Of a DNA stretch of 64,000 bases, positions 43,909 to 57,363 are shown piece by piece. The notes under the pieces were generated by a model, which worked only from the letters and a program-made list of their open reading frames with translations, did no database searches and was not told the origin of the DNA. The stretch is from Eledone cirrhosa (lineage: Eukaryota), in NCBI GenBank assembly GCA_964016885.1, contig OZ024740.1, positions 297,662,001-297,726,000 of the forward strand, in the 5' to 3' direction. The position numbers and the translations under genes were made by a program. Every line of letters begins with the position of its first letter. The first letter of the stretch is position 1.

Positions 43909-44261
43909 AACATATATACATACATACATACATGCAAACATACATATTAAAATAAACATTCTAAGTTACATTCCAGGCTTAAACGCATATTTTCAATTTT
44001 AATTGTTACATTCCATTCTTATACACATATACACATATACATATAAATACTTACACACATTTTCGAGTCGAATGTAAAATATTGCATACACATTTAAATC
44101 TGTGTATGAATATATTTCTATATGTTTATACCTCTATATACAAATGCGTATGCGTGTAAATGTAGATAGATAGATAGATATACACATACATATATATATA
44201 GATGCATGTATAAGTGTATGTATGCATACACACACGCACGCACACACACACATATATACAT

Positions 44262-44292
<31 letters not shown>

Positions 44293-45096
44293 ATGTATCA
44301 TAAGATAGGGTTTTATCTACATAACATATATGTGTGTGATGTGTATTTGGGTGTGTGTACCAATACGTTATTTGTTGTATCACGTGACAAATTTGCCTCC
44401 CGGCTGCCTGAGAATTAGGGGTAGATGATATGGGGTAAAGAATGTCGGTGTGTTGGAGCCGTATAACAAAAGAGAGGCTCAATATACGTTAATTAGAGGG
44501 TTGTTGAAATAGGCAGGGCTTCAGGTTTGTGCGAGATGTCAACTTGACCTAACACACCACAACCTCCACCGATGCCTCCACATTCTCCCTCTGCAGATAA
44601 CAACCATCAATCACCCCGCTTATCTCTACATTCACTGACCCAACAATTCCTGTAGATTAAACCACCTTTAACACTACCTTTCATACCACCACCCATCGCC
44701 ACCTTATCTCTCAAACCCACAATCTCATACGCCAACAGCTAAAACATCAACAGCAGAACAAGCAGCAACGCCAACAATATGAACTAATGGAGAAACATTC
44801 GACGTGCTCACTCGACTTGTAAGATATATAGCCAAGTCTGCTTCAAACCATTCTTAGAAAACAACATATTGTATAGCGTAATCCTGGCTTTCTTGTAAAT
44901 AGGGAAAAGACAAGGTGTTATGGCTGAGACGCCTTTTAACATAGATATGCAAGATCAAGGCAGACCTGGAGCTAAACCACTACACTTTTAATTTCAATAC
45001 CGCTAACTTATATACAATCACCTGTCAACATTCAGACTATAGCACGCACGTAATAAACTTGATGCCATGTCCCTACATGAGTTGGTACCAAGTATG

Positions 45097-45139
<43 letters not shown>

Positions 45140-45279
45140 GACAGAGGGGCCATTCAAGGAAAGATATTATACCCATCTCACCTTCTTCAGTAGATCGAGT
45201 AATACTTGAGTTACATCTGGCCCTTTAAAAGAAGGGAGCTACAGAATATAATTTCTCTGTGGGTGTATGTGTATGTATG

Positions 45280-45314
<35 letters not shown>

Positions 45315-45674
45315 CTGTGTCTGTGTCTGTGTGTGTGTGTGTGACTGTGTGTGATTGTGTGTGTGTGTCTTTGTGTGTGTGTACATGTGTGCACAAATAC
45401 AAAGAATATAATCCCTATTAGTAAACAGATCCTCCCTACAGAAGAAAATGAGTAAAATATTCCAGCCACCACGAAAATCTCTGTGCGGTCCTGCTAGAAA
45501 GAGCAGCCAAATTTACCCTAAAGTACACATCTTCAAAAATTGGAAAGAGAGATTAGATAATGTACTTCTAGATTCCTCTGAAATGGTGGTATGACCAGGA
45601 TTTGAATAACTTTGGTCCAACCTCTACTTGATCGTGGTTTGTTTAAATAAATCAACATTTATTTTTAAATCGCT

Positions 45675-45884
45675 GGACAGATTTTACGGGCAAAATCAAG
45701 CAGCAGGAGATCCAGGGGTAGACCGTGAGCAAGATGGTTGGATAACATCCATGAGCCTGTCTGGTCTCGCTTGTGGATTCATCGGGATCAGTTGGAAACG
45801 ATTGCTTCTGACTGGACCCTCTGGAAGGAGAGTTTCAGAACTCTGCCCTCATGACCCTCTAAGAAGAAGAAGAAGAAGAAGAAA
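45675..45884 (+). mobile_element. RTE-like LINE 3' end with (AAG)n tail; relative at ~50325-50475 (-)
   Basis: RSRGRP..RW remnant followed by aagaagaag. Confidence 0.6.
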
Positions 45885-46474
45885 GGGTCTAATCTTTAAA
45901 ATAGGAGCCATGACCTAGTGTTTCAGATTCCCTGAGCCTGAGAAATATTTGCAATGGCAATTATAAACATTTTATTAATGTTTTATGCCATCGTTAAACG
46001 CTAATAGTATTTGGCACAAATTTAGATTTAGATTTAGAACTACACGAGCAAAGGTCAACTGTATGTATGTATGTGTGTACGTATGTATGTGTGTACGTAT
46101 GTAAGTATGTATGTATGAATGTATGTATGTATGTGTATTTGTATGTATGTATGCATGTATGTATTATTGTATGTATGCGTATTTGTATGTGTGTGTGTGT
46201 ATGCATGTATATATGTGTGCATGTATGTATGTGTGTTTGTATGTATGTGTGTGCTACTGGTGCTACTGGTAACATGTAACCCAGTACAATTTGTCGCATG
46301 GTCGGGTCATCGGCGACTAAACCGGCAACCCCACCAGGTTTACTTGTTGAGGAGAGTGATTTTAGACACCCTGCAGGACAAAAGACAAAATATGACAAAG
46401 GGCGGAAGAACTCATAAGAGTCAACGGCCATCCAAAAATGTGTAAATATGTATATGCATGTATGCATCTGTATG

Positions 46475-46550
<76 letters not shown>

Positions 46551-47332
46551 CATGCATGTGTATGTATATGCGCGGGGACATAGAAATAATTGGGCTGGAT
46601 ACACGATCGCTCGGTTAAACCACTGGGAGTGAAGGACCCCTAGCCTTTGTCAAGGTCTTCTTGTAGGAGAAGGTAACTCAGGAAACTGGGATAACTCTGA
46701 CATAAAACCTGCGGCTCAGTAGTTACCGATGATGTTGATCTTTTCTTCTTTTCGAGTTATAGCTACTGTCGCTCAGAGAGTGGGATCGGCTCAGTGCACA
46801 GTCTTTCCTCACTTAAAAAAAAAATGTTCATGCACAGGCATTGCACGATAGAATTAATTAATAATTATTAATAATGTTATATCGTGCGATGGCCATACTC
46901 GATAACGAGGGGACAGCTATCATCATATATTTAACATAGACAAAGACTCTTTCATTGGAATTTAGACAACTAGGTGAATATGTCTGCATGGATGCGTGTG
47001 TGTGCGTGTTTCTGTGCGTGTGCAGGTATGGATGTTATTATATGTGTGGATATGTATGTTTTGAGTTATATGTGCACACGTGGATATGTTTTGTATCTGT
47101 ACATGTGTATATCTGTACATGTGTATACTTATAAATGTGTATATGCAGTGATTACATGTTGTTATCTGTATGTATGTAAATGTATATATTATCTATCCTT
47201 TGCGTTCCTGTCTCTATTTATGTACTCATGAAGAAGGGCTAAAGCCCGACACGTCGAACTTTCTTTCCCCTTTTCCATATAAAGCTTGAAACTAATAAGA
47301 CTTTTTGTACCTCTGTTTGTTGTTTCCTTGAA

Positions 47333-47433
<101 letters not shown>

Positions 47434-47457
47434 TGTGTGTATTTATATATATATATA

Positions 47458-48341
47458 CGAGATGTATCAGAAAAGTTCAAGGACTATGTCACAAAAGATT
47501 TATTTCAAACCCAAACATCACACTAAGAGTTTTCTCCTTCAAAGTAATCCCCCTGGAGTATGTAACTGTAATCTTAGCTCTCTGCAGCGATCAAACTTTT
47601 TTCTTCATAATTTTATATACATGTCCTCTGTTTCAGGTCGTCGAGCAATGAGCACAGAGCAACGAACAAACTTAAAGTTTCTGGTACGGTTAGGGAAAAC
47701 TCCGTCAGAAGCACTGGGATTGCTGCAGCAAGTGTATGGAGATGAGACGATGTCACGCTCACGTGTTTTTGAGTGGTGCAAGATGCCCCCAGGAGCGAAA
47801 GGCCCTCAACAACCAGGACTGAGGTCAACGTTGATCGCGTCAGGCAGATGGTGCGTAGCCATCGTCGGCTGACTGTTGGACTGATGGCAAATGAGCTGGG
47901 CATGAATCGGGACAGCGTCTGGAAGATTCTCACTGAAGATTTGGACATGCGGAAAGTTTGCGCGAAGATGGTGCCAAAACTGCTGAACGATGACCAGAAG
48001 GGTGGACGCATGCAAGTGTGCCAGGACATCCTCGAGCGTCTTGAATCAGAACCAGACTTGCTAGAGACAGTCATCATCGGTGATGACTCATGGATCTTCG
48101 AGTACGACCCGCAGGGGACCCGTTTTGAAGACGTGGACGACATCAAAAAGGCCGTGACGACGGAACTGCGGAGGATCCCGGAAGAATCCTTCCAGGAGAG
48201 CATGCAAGCGTGGCAGAAAAGGATGGAAGAGTGCATTAGACTAAAGGGGGATTACTTTGAAGGAGAAAACTCCTCGTGTGAAGTTTGGGTTTGAAATAAA
48301 TCTTTTGTGACATCAGTCCTGGAACTTTTCTGACACACCTC

Positions 48342-48342
<1 letters not shown>
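47458..48342 (+). mobile_element. Internally deleted mariner element with ~55-bp TIRs, inserted in TA repeats
   Basis: TIRs cgagatgtatcagaaaagttcaaggact... / ...agtcctggaacttttctgacacacctcg; motifs EQRTNLKF, VCAKMVPKLL, IGDDSWIFEYDP, GDYFE. Confidence 0.9.
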
Positions 48343-48431
<89 letters not shown>

Positions 48432-48448
48432 ATGTATGTATATGTATG

Positions 48449-48492
<44 letters not shown>

Positions 48493-48539
48493 AAAGACAG
48501 TAAAAGGATAGTAAATGTATAATTGAGTTTAAACGTTAC

Positions 48540-48662
48540 CTTCACAATGTTTTCCATCTGTGAAGAGCTGATAGCCATGTCTACATGCACAACTAAACGA
48601 TCCTTGAGTGTTGACACACTTGTGGGCACAGTCCCCGTTGTTTACTTCACATTCATTTAAAT
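48540..48662 (-). CDS. cbEGF exon 5: [41 protein letters not shown]
   Basis: 123 bp, ag/gt, phase 1-1; absent from the ORF track. Confidence 0.93.
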
Positions 48663-48699
48663 CTGTCAATGTATAACACAAGAAAATATTATTATTCAT

Positions 48700-49420
48700 C
48701 TAATGGTATTATCAGTAGAGTGTCAGAGGACAAGCTTTTCGTTTTCGGTATTTTGTCACGGCTTTCTATGTTTTGAGCTCAAATCCCACCTAAATCAGAA
48801 ACCATTATTAAGGTGGTGTGGGGCAATGGATTGGTAGTATCAGTAGAGTGTGGGACAATATGCTTTGCAGCATAGAGTTACGGCCCTTTGCGTTCTGAGT
48901 TCAAATCCCGCTGAGGTTAACTTTGCCTTTCATCCTTACGCGGTCGATCAAATAAAGTACCAGTAATGCACTGAAGTTGATTTAGTCAACTTCCTCTTCT
49001 CTTCAAATTGTTGGCCTTGTGCCAAATGTAGGAAAAATTATTAAGTATTATCATGAACGGTAGAGTGTCAGTATTGGTAGAGTGTCGGACAACGTGCTTT
49101 ACAGCATATAATTACGTCGGTTTACGTTCTAAGTTCAAATCCCGCCGTGATTAGCTTTACCTTTCATCCTTACGGGGTCGATAAAATATAGTATCAGAGA
49201 CACACTGGAGTCAATTTAATTGATTTTCCCCTCCCCTAAAATTGCTGGCCTGGTGCCTAAATGAGAAACATCATTAAGTATTATCATTGTTGAGGGGGTT
49301 TTCTGGATTATACGATTGAATTCTCTTTGTGTTCAATTCTACCTTTCATCCTTCTCGGTTCGATAAAATAAAGAACAAAGTACCAGACAAGGCAGAGGAG
49401 GGGGGAATTAAGGGAGCAGT
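48700..49420 (+). mobile_element. Tandem cluster of tRNA-derived SINE copies; others at ~49690-50030, 54385-54570 (+) and 60455-60657 (-)
   Basis: B box gagttcaaatccc; core tttgcctttcatccttacggggtcgataaaataaagtaccag. Confidence 0.75.
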
Positions 49421-49473
49421 AGACATCTTTAAAAAATGAACACTGTGTTCGAGAAGCTGAATCAATAGCTCAC

Positions 49474-49596
49474 CATAACATGTTTCCAGGTCAGGCATGA
49501 GATGGTAACCAGGTGAGCAAAGACAGGCCTTGGCCCCGGGCATATTTTGACATATCTGACTGCAATTGCCGTTGTTTTCACTGCACTCATTTATAT
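49474..49596 (-). CDS. cbEGF exon 4: DINECSENNGNCSQICQNMPGAKACLCSPGYHLMPDLETCY
   Basis: 123 bp, ag/gtgag, phase 1-1. Confidence 0.93.
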
Positions 49597-49833
49597 CTGA
49601 AATGGGTGACCAAGAAGTAAGTGTAATAGAGAAAAAAACATTTATATTGAACGATAAATTCAGATTTATATTATATATGTGACATTAAGACGACGAGTAA
49701 GCAGAGTTGATAGAACGTCAGATTAAAAATGCATCGGTGTTTGTTCCGGCTCACGGCCCTTTGAACACAAATCCCACCGAGGTTAACTTTACCTTTCATC
49801 GATAAATAAATTATCTATCCAATAATAAGTTTG

Positions 49834-49895
<62 letters not shown>

Positions 49896-50887
49896 GCAGT
49901 ATTTGTTTAGGTTCTTTACGTGCTGAGTTCACATCCCGCGGAGGTCAACTTCACCATCCACTCTTCTGGAGTCAATTTAATCGACTTTCAAATCCCCTAA
50001 ATTGCTGGCCTTGTGTCTAAATTAGATATTATGTTTCCTCTTTATCCAATAACGCATTGATACAAAAATGTATTACCACAAACCGATGACAAACCAATTC
50101 GTTGATACAACCATGTGGTAAAACATTTTTACGGGTCTTTCAACTATCATACTACCCTACCCAGCACTTAGCATTTATAGGCTGGAGTAGAGTGGGCATC
50201 CGTTGGTTTCGATGTTGTGTGTTCCAATTCTTCGATCAACAGAAAAGCCTCCCCATGAAATTAATGTGCAATCAGCTAAGTATTTCATGGATATGTGTAC
50301 CCTTAACGTAAATATGATAAGCTTTTTCTTCTTCTTCCCCCCACTTATTCTTCAGAGGGTCGTAGGGGCAGAGTCCTCAAACACTCCTTCCGGCGAGTCC
50401 TGTCAGAAGCCGCCGTTTCCAACTGATCCGACTGGATCCGCAAGCGTGACCAACAAAGCTCATGGATGTGATAATCTTGGCCATTTGAATTACAGATACA
50501 GTCAATCTGAAGGGCTTCCGCACAGTTACCGTCTGCTCAATTTCACTCAGAAGGCACTGGTCGGCTGGATTCTATGGTAAAAAACACTTTCTCAAAATGC
50601 CACGCAGTAGGATCGAACGTGAAACCTAATGATTGCGAAGCGAACTTCTCAACCATTCAAAGTCCGCTTAATCAACTAACCAATCCCTCAACCACTAAAT
50701 CAATAAATCAATCAATCAATAGATGTATAACTTAATCAATAAATCAATCACACATTCAACTAACCAGTTTGTTGATCAACCAACAAACCTAACAACTATC
50801 TATCCAGCCAACCAATCAATCACACACACAATCACTCAACTAATCGAACTATCAATATATCATGTCTATCGGTGCCAAGGGACTTAC

Positions 50888-51007
50888 CTAAACAGGAACC
50901 GTTTTCTTGCAAAGAATATCCCGGCCGGCATTCACATATGTAACTTCCGACAGTGTTTTTACAGTTATGTTGACATCCGCCATTGGCCAATTGGCATTCG
51001 TTGAGAT
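50888..51007 (-). CDS. cbEGF exon 3: [40 protein letters not shown]
   Basis: 120 bp, ag/gtaagt, phase 1-1. Confidence 0.94.
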   Translation of the reverse strand: MSTNANWPMADVNITVKTLSEVTYVNAGRDILCKKTVPV

Positions 51008-51477
51008 CTGTCAAGTAGGAATGAAACAAGGCATTAGAATAACATCTTAATGACAGTAGCAAGATCACATTTAAACACAAGTTGGTTATGAATAATTTAC
51101 CTTTATATATATATATATGTGTGTGTGTGTGCGTAATAATTCAACTTTCGTAGGCCATTGTATAACTGCATTGAAACATGTGTTAGAAGCCCTATTATAT
51201 GATAAAAACTTCTTCAAATTTCAACAAATCTTGCCTAATTTTTCCTAATTCCCTATTCATATTAAATTCTCCGTGAAATACTCTTTGAAACTCAAATACC
51301 ATACTCAGTGACGCATCACGAATCAACTCTATCGACCACGCCGAACACAACAAACTGATTAGATGTAGCTTCCATTTTGCGTCACGCATATCAACTTTAC
51401 ATAAACTTGAATTAGCCTACATAAAACGGATACTTCTATTTCTTCTCATATATATACGTGTATATATATATATATAT

Positions 51478-51514
<37 letters not shown>

Positions 51515-51517
<3 letters not shown>

Positions 51518-51660
51518 TTATTAAAATAACAGATTAAAGTTTAAGAATCGGTGCTTTCACCCTTAACGGGATCTTCTGAAACTCAGTTTCAGAAGATCCC
51601 GTTAAGGGTGAAAGCAGCGATTCTTTGCTTAAACCTTAATCTGTTATTTTAATAAATATT
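51515..51660. repeat. Near-perfect hairpin of the 6.7-kb family, with variant HHR at 51586-51634 (+)
   Basis: Arms meet at ~51584; gttt-CAGAAGA-tccc gttaa gggt-GAAA-gca..tgc-TT-aaac. Confidence 0.8.
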
Positions 51661-51742
51661 TGCTCTACGGTTCTTATATATTTGATATATATTTATCCTT
51701 ATCGAGCCCTCTTTGGATTTTAGTCTTGAAATTTATTATTAT

Positions 51743-51772
<30 letters not shown>

Positions 51773-51773
<1 letters not shown>

Positions 51774-52898
51774 CCAGATAGAAAAATGCGTACAGCAAAA
51801 AAAAGTAATATTGTTGGAATATAAACCTTTAAAAATACAGGACAAGAAACTAAAATAAAACTTTAAAAGAATAGGACAAGAAACTAAGATAAAACTTTAA
51901 AGAATTGGACAAGAAATAAAAAATTTTACAATAATATTAGTGGCAAAATTTTTATTGGTAAAAAATAGAGTTCCACATTCATAGGCCCTGGGTCCCACAT
52001 TCAGAGGTCGTCGTCAGACCGGGGGATCATTTGAACCTGGTTTGAACACCAATTGGGCCATAACCATACCCCTATTTCATCATTCGGCGACACGCCTCAT
52101 GTGTCATGCATAATGTGAATGGACCCATGGGCCCATGAGCACAGATCTTGAGCAGCAGCGGACGGTCTTGTCGTCCCGCTCATCCTTGATCTTGACCAAC
52201 CCGTCCATCTTCTCCTTGCATCTTGTCCTTGAGTTCAAGTCCGGCAGTCCAGATGAATGCGTGCCACAGCTTTCTGGTACAGGAAGGGGGAGCAGGAGGA
52301 CTGGAGGGATGACGGGACAGAGGGAGGGAGGATCGGTGGTTGAGGGAGGTGCCGTAGTCGGTGGTCAGAGTCGACATCTTGTCCCGGTCGTCTTCTCCAT
52401 CTTCGTCTGGTTGCGGGACCAGAAGTGCATTCTTGGAGGAGACCTGCAGCTGCATCGGCCAATTCTTCTTGCAATGGTCATTCTGACGGAGCAGAACTGC
52501 TCAGCCAACCAACCCCAACCAGAGCCAGCCGCTCAGGGGCAACGCACAATGAGAGCATGACAATTATTATGCACTAATCAAGAAGATACTGGGGCATAGC
52601 ACAGGAAACGAATAAAAAAATGTTGCCACTAATATTATTGTAAAATTTTTTATTTCTTGTCCAATTCTTTAAAGTTTTATCTTAGTTTCTTGTCCTATTC
52701 TTTTAAAGTTTTATTTTAGTTTCTTGTCCTATTCTTTTAAAGTTTTATCTTAGTTTCTTGTCCTATTCTTTTAAAGTTTTATTTTAGTTTCTTGTCCTAT
52801 TCTTTTAAAGTTTTATCTTAGTTTCTTGTCCTGTAGTTTTAAAGGTTTATATTCCAACAATATTACTTTTTTTTGCTGTACGCATTTTTCTATCTGGT
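51773..52898. mobile_element. Element with long inverted arms built partly of 34-bp subrepeats around a GC-rich core (foldback/MITE-like)
   Basis: accagatagaaaaatgcg... / ...cgcatttttctatctggt; subrepeat ggacaagaaactaaaataaaactttaaaagaata is more amplified in the right arm. Confidence 0.75.
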
Positions 52899-53542
52899 CT
52901 ACTATTTTTTTAAGGCAATGCAAGCAACAACTATCTAATAATTAAATGATCATAGTGAATTACTGACAAGTGATTGACATTTTAAAGTTCTTTTGAGTAT
53001 AATTGCAATGAACAAAAGGGCGACGATGGTTGCCTGAACACTGTACGGCGTAATTCGGGCTGTTTGTTTGTTTACAGGCGAACAAACCGAGCATTATAAT
53101 AAATGTTCGGTAAACCCATACGTACATATATATATATATATATATATATGTGTGCATGTATGTATATATATACATACTACTGTACGTCTGTATACATATA
53201 TGTATGTACGTATACATATATACATACATACTTACATATATATATATATAATCTGTTTCAAGCTCGGAGGCTCTTTAGGCCTGTCACTATCCCGGTTTCA
53301 GTCTATTGCAGATTTAAACACCAAGCTACTACTAATACTCATTTTCAACTGAGTGTACGGAAGCATCGTGAAATGAAGTGCTTTTATCAAAAACACACCA
53401 TACAACTCGGCCCAATAATCAAACACAAGACATTGTAATCGTCAGTCTAACACACTAACCACGCACGAGACCAAGCGCCTTTATATATGTGTGTGTGTGT
53501 GTGTGTATGTGTGTGTGTGTACGTAGATAGATAGATAGATAT

Positions 53543-54215
53543 CTTTATTTATTTTCCACAAGGACGTACACGGGACATTACAAGACATTAATAAATAACA
53601 ATAAACTATATATTAAAAAATAAACAATCGAAATTCCCAATAGGGGGGAACGTTACTGCGAGGTTGTTTTACAGCCCGTAGATAGAACAACCCTCAACAC
53701 CAGGAGCACGTTTTGTAGGTGTTCCTGTCTTCCCTAGATAGATGGACACATATAACTATTATATATGTGTATGTGTGTGTGTATAGATAGATAGATAGAT
53801 ACATAGATTGATAGATAGATAGATAACTTTCTTTTTATTTGCCACCAGGGCATCAAAGAGTGGGACAAGTACAATGGGTGAGTTTACATAAAAAGGCGTC
53901 CTCACTAAGGAGGAGGAAATAACAAAATATAAAAATATAAAATATAAAAAAAATAAATTGAATAACAAAATCCTCAATATGGAGGAGGCGCCTTGGGGGG
54001 TCGCACACACCCCCGAAAAAGTGTGCAACCCTTCTCCTCAGGAGCACAGAGAGAGGGTGCTGCCTTGATCTTTCATCTTTCTCACCTACAGTCTCATGTA
54101 GAGTGAAGGCCCATTCACACGGGCCATTCTCGCCACTTTCACCCATAGAAACGGCTGGGGTGCAGTTCCTCTCTCTTCATCCTGATCCTTCTTCCGAAAT
54201 GATATCGGAAGAAAC
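53543..54215 (-). mobile_element. Two 5'-truncated Tx1-like 3' ends (53543-53735; 53826-54215), each flanked by GATA repeats
   Basis: Shared 3'UTR motifs (caaccc...caggagcac), A-rich tail with aataaa, ORF end WVKVARMARVNGPSLYMRL*. Confidence 0.55.
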
Positions 54216-54989
54216 AGATAGATAGATAGATGCCCATGTATATATATATATATATATATATATATCATATATGTGTGTGTTTGTGTGGGTGTATGTTGTG
54301 TATGTGTGTTTACGTGTGTGCCTGTGTGTGAGAGAGAGTGTGTAAATAAGTAAGTAAGCTATCCCTGGTTATTTATTTAAATTGGCGGTGGATTGGTAGT
54401 ATCGGTAGAGGGTCGGACGCCATGCTTTCCAGCATAGTTACGTCCCTTTATGATCTGAGTTCAAATCCCGCCGAGGTTGACTTTGCCTTTCATCCTTACG
54501 GGGTCGATAAAATAAAGTACCAGTAATGCACTGGGTGATTGCTGGCCTTGTGCCTAAAGTAGAAACAGTTATTTATTTTCGTCGTTAGATTTTATTTATT
54601 TATTTATTTATTCTACTAAAGTAAATGGCGTTAGATACCAAAACACACTCTAGTACTAAGTTAAGACTCTAGAAGTTCTGAGTTCAAACTCTTCCGAGCT
54701 AAACTTTGTTTTTATTCCTCCGTGGACGATGTTAGGAATTTTTTCTTGGGTAATTAATTAAACTCCTTCTGTGCAAATATCTAACCTTGAGCTAATGTTA
54801 GAAATCATTAACAGATACAATTAAAATTCTTTAATTCCGATCTGCCTAACTAATTACTTTTATTACAAAACTAACTGCTAAATTATTGGATTAAAATTGA
54901 AAACGGTTAAACTTACGGTATATATATTATACACATACAAACATGCACACAAGAATACATACATATGTACACACACATACACACACACG

Positions 54990-55048
<59 letters not shown>

Positions 55049-55133
55049 ATTATATATATATATGTGTGTACATATATATATGTGTGTGGGTGTGTTTATT
55101 TTATATATATATATCAATCGATTATTAATTTAA

Positions 55134-55165
<32 letters not shown>

Positions 55166-55168
<3 letters not shown>

Positions 55169-55243
55169 GGTGTCCCAAAAAATGTATACATATATTTATC
55201 AGAATGCTGTTGAAGTATGTATACATTTTGGGGGGACATCCTG
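55166..55243. mobile_element. 78-bp Tc1-type mini-MITE with TA duplication
   Basis: TA-cagggtgtcccaaaaaatgtataca ... tgtatacattttggggggacatcctg-TA. Confidence 0.75.
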
Positions 55244-55245
55244 TA

Positions 55246-55298
<53 letters not shown>

Positions 55299-55589
55299 AT
55301 GTAAGTATTTATGTATGTATATGTACATATATGTATATATATATATACATGTACATATATGTATATATATATGTACATATATGTAAATGAAAAATGGCGT
55401 GCTGCGTTGTTGAGACATTGAACATATGAATGAAAATAGACCGAGAAACAGGAATGTCCATCATCAGTAGCCTGCTGATTATCATATATGTATATGTATA
55501 TGTATATATATATGTACATATATGTATGTATATGTACATATATGTATGTATATGTACATATATGTATATATATGTGTACATATATGTAT

Positions 55590-55896
55590 ATATTTCAGAG
55601 CAACAATTCTAATTTTTAATTTCTGCTTGACCGGCAACCGCTCTGTATAATCAGTTCCTGATTATTTACTAGAATTCTATAAGAACCAAAACATCCAGGT
55701 TTTCAGCAAATGGGAGGAGTAGTTGGCTTTGATAAGCATCAATAAATGCAGAAACAAGGCCTTGTCAGCTTTATCTGCCCCTGTTTGCTGAAATTAAAGT
55801 GAGTCTGTCACTACTCTAAAACAATAGCATAAGGTCTTCAAAATGCTTTTTATTAAGCATACAGTGTATTGCAAAATACACTGTATATACATTCAT
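55590..55896 (+). mobile_element. Diverged solo monomer of the 310-bp family with HHR at 55725-55770
   Basis: Shares tatttcagagca, ccggcaaccgctct, ttctataag, aggtcttcaaaatg; ggct-TTGATAA-gcat caataa atgca-GAAA-caaggccttg-TC-agct. Confidence 0.8.
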
Positions 55897-55983
55897 ATAT
55901 ATATATATATAGAAGTAGTCGTCCCATAGACTCGTCCCATAGACTGAGTGCTCTTCTACTACAGATATAACCCTCCAGGGTTC

Positions 55984-56022
<39 letters not shown>

Positions 56023-56192
56023 AAACGTTTGCACCGAAGATATGTGTCGTCAGTTCCAAAATGTGAGGTTGGTCCTACACAAGCCTCACCACTTAAAACA
56101 AAACTTTGTGTGGATAGTTCAACATGAGTTCACTTTCTCACATTTAACTTTTGTTGGACACTCATACGTCGGATATCGACGGGAGAGTCCAT

Positions 56193-56227
<35 letters not shown>

Positions 56228-56315
56228 GTTACAATAGTGGTATATATACAAGTACTTAAGTTTCGTTGAGTTGTACACTCCAATTTATTCAGCATGTTAT
56301 ATAAGATTTTATATA

Positions 56316-56365
56316 ACAGGCTGAATGAGTTGGAGTCTAAAACCCAACGAAACTTAAGTACCTGT
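56316..56365 (+). ncRNA. Type I HHR (core CTGAATGA) within hairpin 56222-56391
   Basis: acagg-CTGAATGA-gttgg...ccaac-GAAA-cttaag-TA-cctgt; degenerate inverted twin in the left arm. Confidence 0.7.
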
Positions 56366-56427
56366 ATATATACCACTATTGTAACTAATTATACTTAACT
56401 CATCCTATTGACTGAGTGTTCTACCAA

Positions 56428-56557
<130 letters not shown>

Positions 56558-57075
56558 TTGGTTAGAGCACTGGGCTTGCAATCGGGAGGTTGTGAGTTCG
56601 ATTCACCGAACAGGTGATGTGTTGTGTCCTAGAACACGGCACTTCAGTTTACTCAGCTGTAGAAATGAGTTGCAACGTGACTGGTGCCAAGATGTATTGA
56701 CCATTGCGTTTCCTTTCGACAATATCGGTGGCGTGGAGAGGGGAGGTTGGTATGCATGGGCGTTTCAACGTATTACTTTTAGTAATTAGTTAGGCAGATC
56801 GGAATTAAAGAATTTAATTGTATCTATTAATGATTTCTAACATTAGCTCAAGGTTAGATATTTGCACAGGAGGAGTTTAATTAATTACATAAGAATTCCT
56901 GACATTGTCCATGGAGTAATCAAAATAAATTTCTGCTCGAAAGAGTTTGAACTCAGAAGATAAAAATTCTAAAGAAAATATTAAGTGATAATTAAATAAC
57001 CACCCGTCTACCTACTAAAACTAAAACCGACCCGTGTCTTTTTGTGTTTATATTGGCAACAATGGATCTCCCAAA

Positions 57076-57162
<87 letters not shown>

Positions 57163-57210
57163 AAGAATAAAGAGTAAGATGGTTGGCTGTACAATAAGGG
57201 CTTATTTAAA

Positions 57211-57314
57211 GTACTGACAATTGTTTCGTTAATCAGGTGAGTCTAGAGTTCGCTAATCGCTTGCGTCATTCGATCTCCAATACATTATTTACCTCTGGTC
57301 AACACATCAGAGTA

Positions 57315-57315
<1 letters not shown>
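57211..57315 (-). ncRNA. HHR-like motif with long stem II insert and A9>U
   Basis: gtact-CTGATGT-gttga...ttaac-GAAA-caattg-TC-agtac. Confidence 0.55.

Positions 57316-57359
<44 letters not shown>

Positions 57360-57363
<4 letters not shown>

Noticed and set aside
45014-45090. Additional EGF exon suggested by a donor-like site
   Set aside because: No six-Cys pattern or suitable acceptor
47228-47260. HHR as a functional ribozyme (ATGAAGA-gggc/gccc-GACA-cg-TC)
   Set aside because: Two core mutations; counted only as a decayed relic
56020-56060. CTGACGA...CAAAcgTT motif on the minus strand
   Set aside because: GAAA is broken and stem I does not pair
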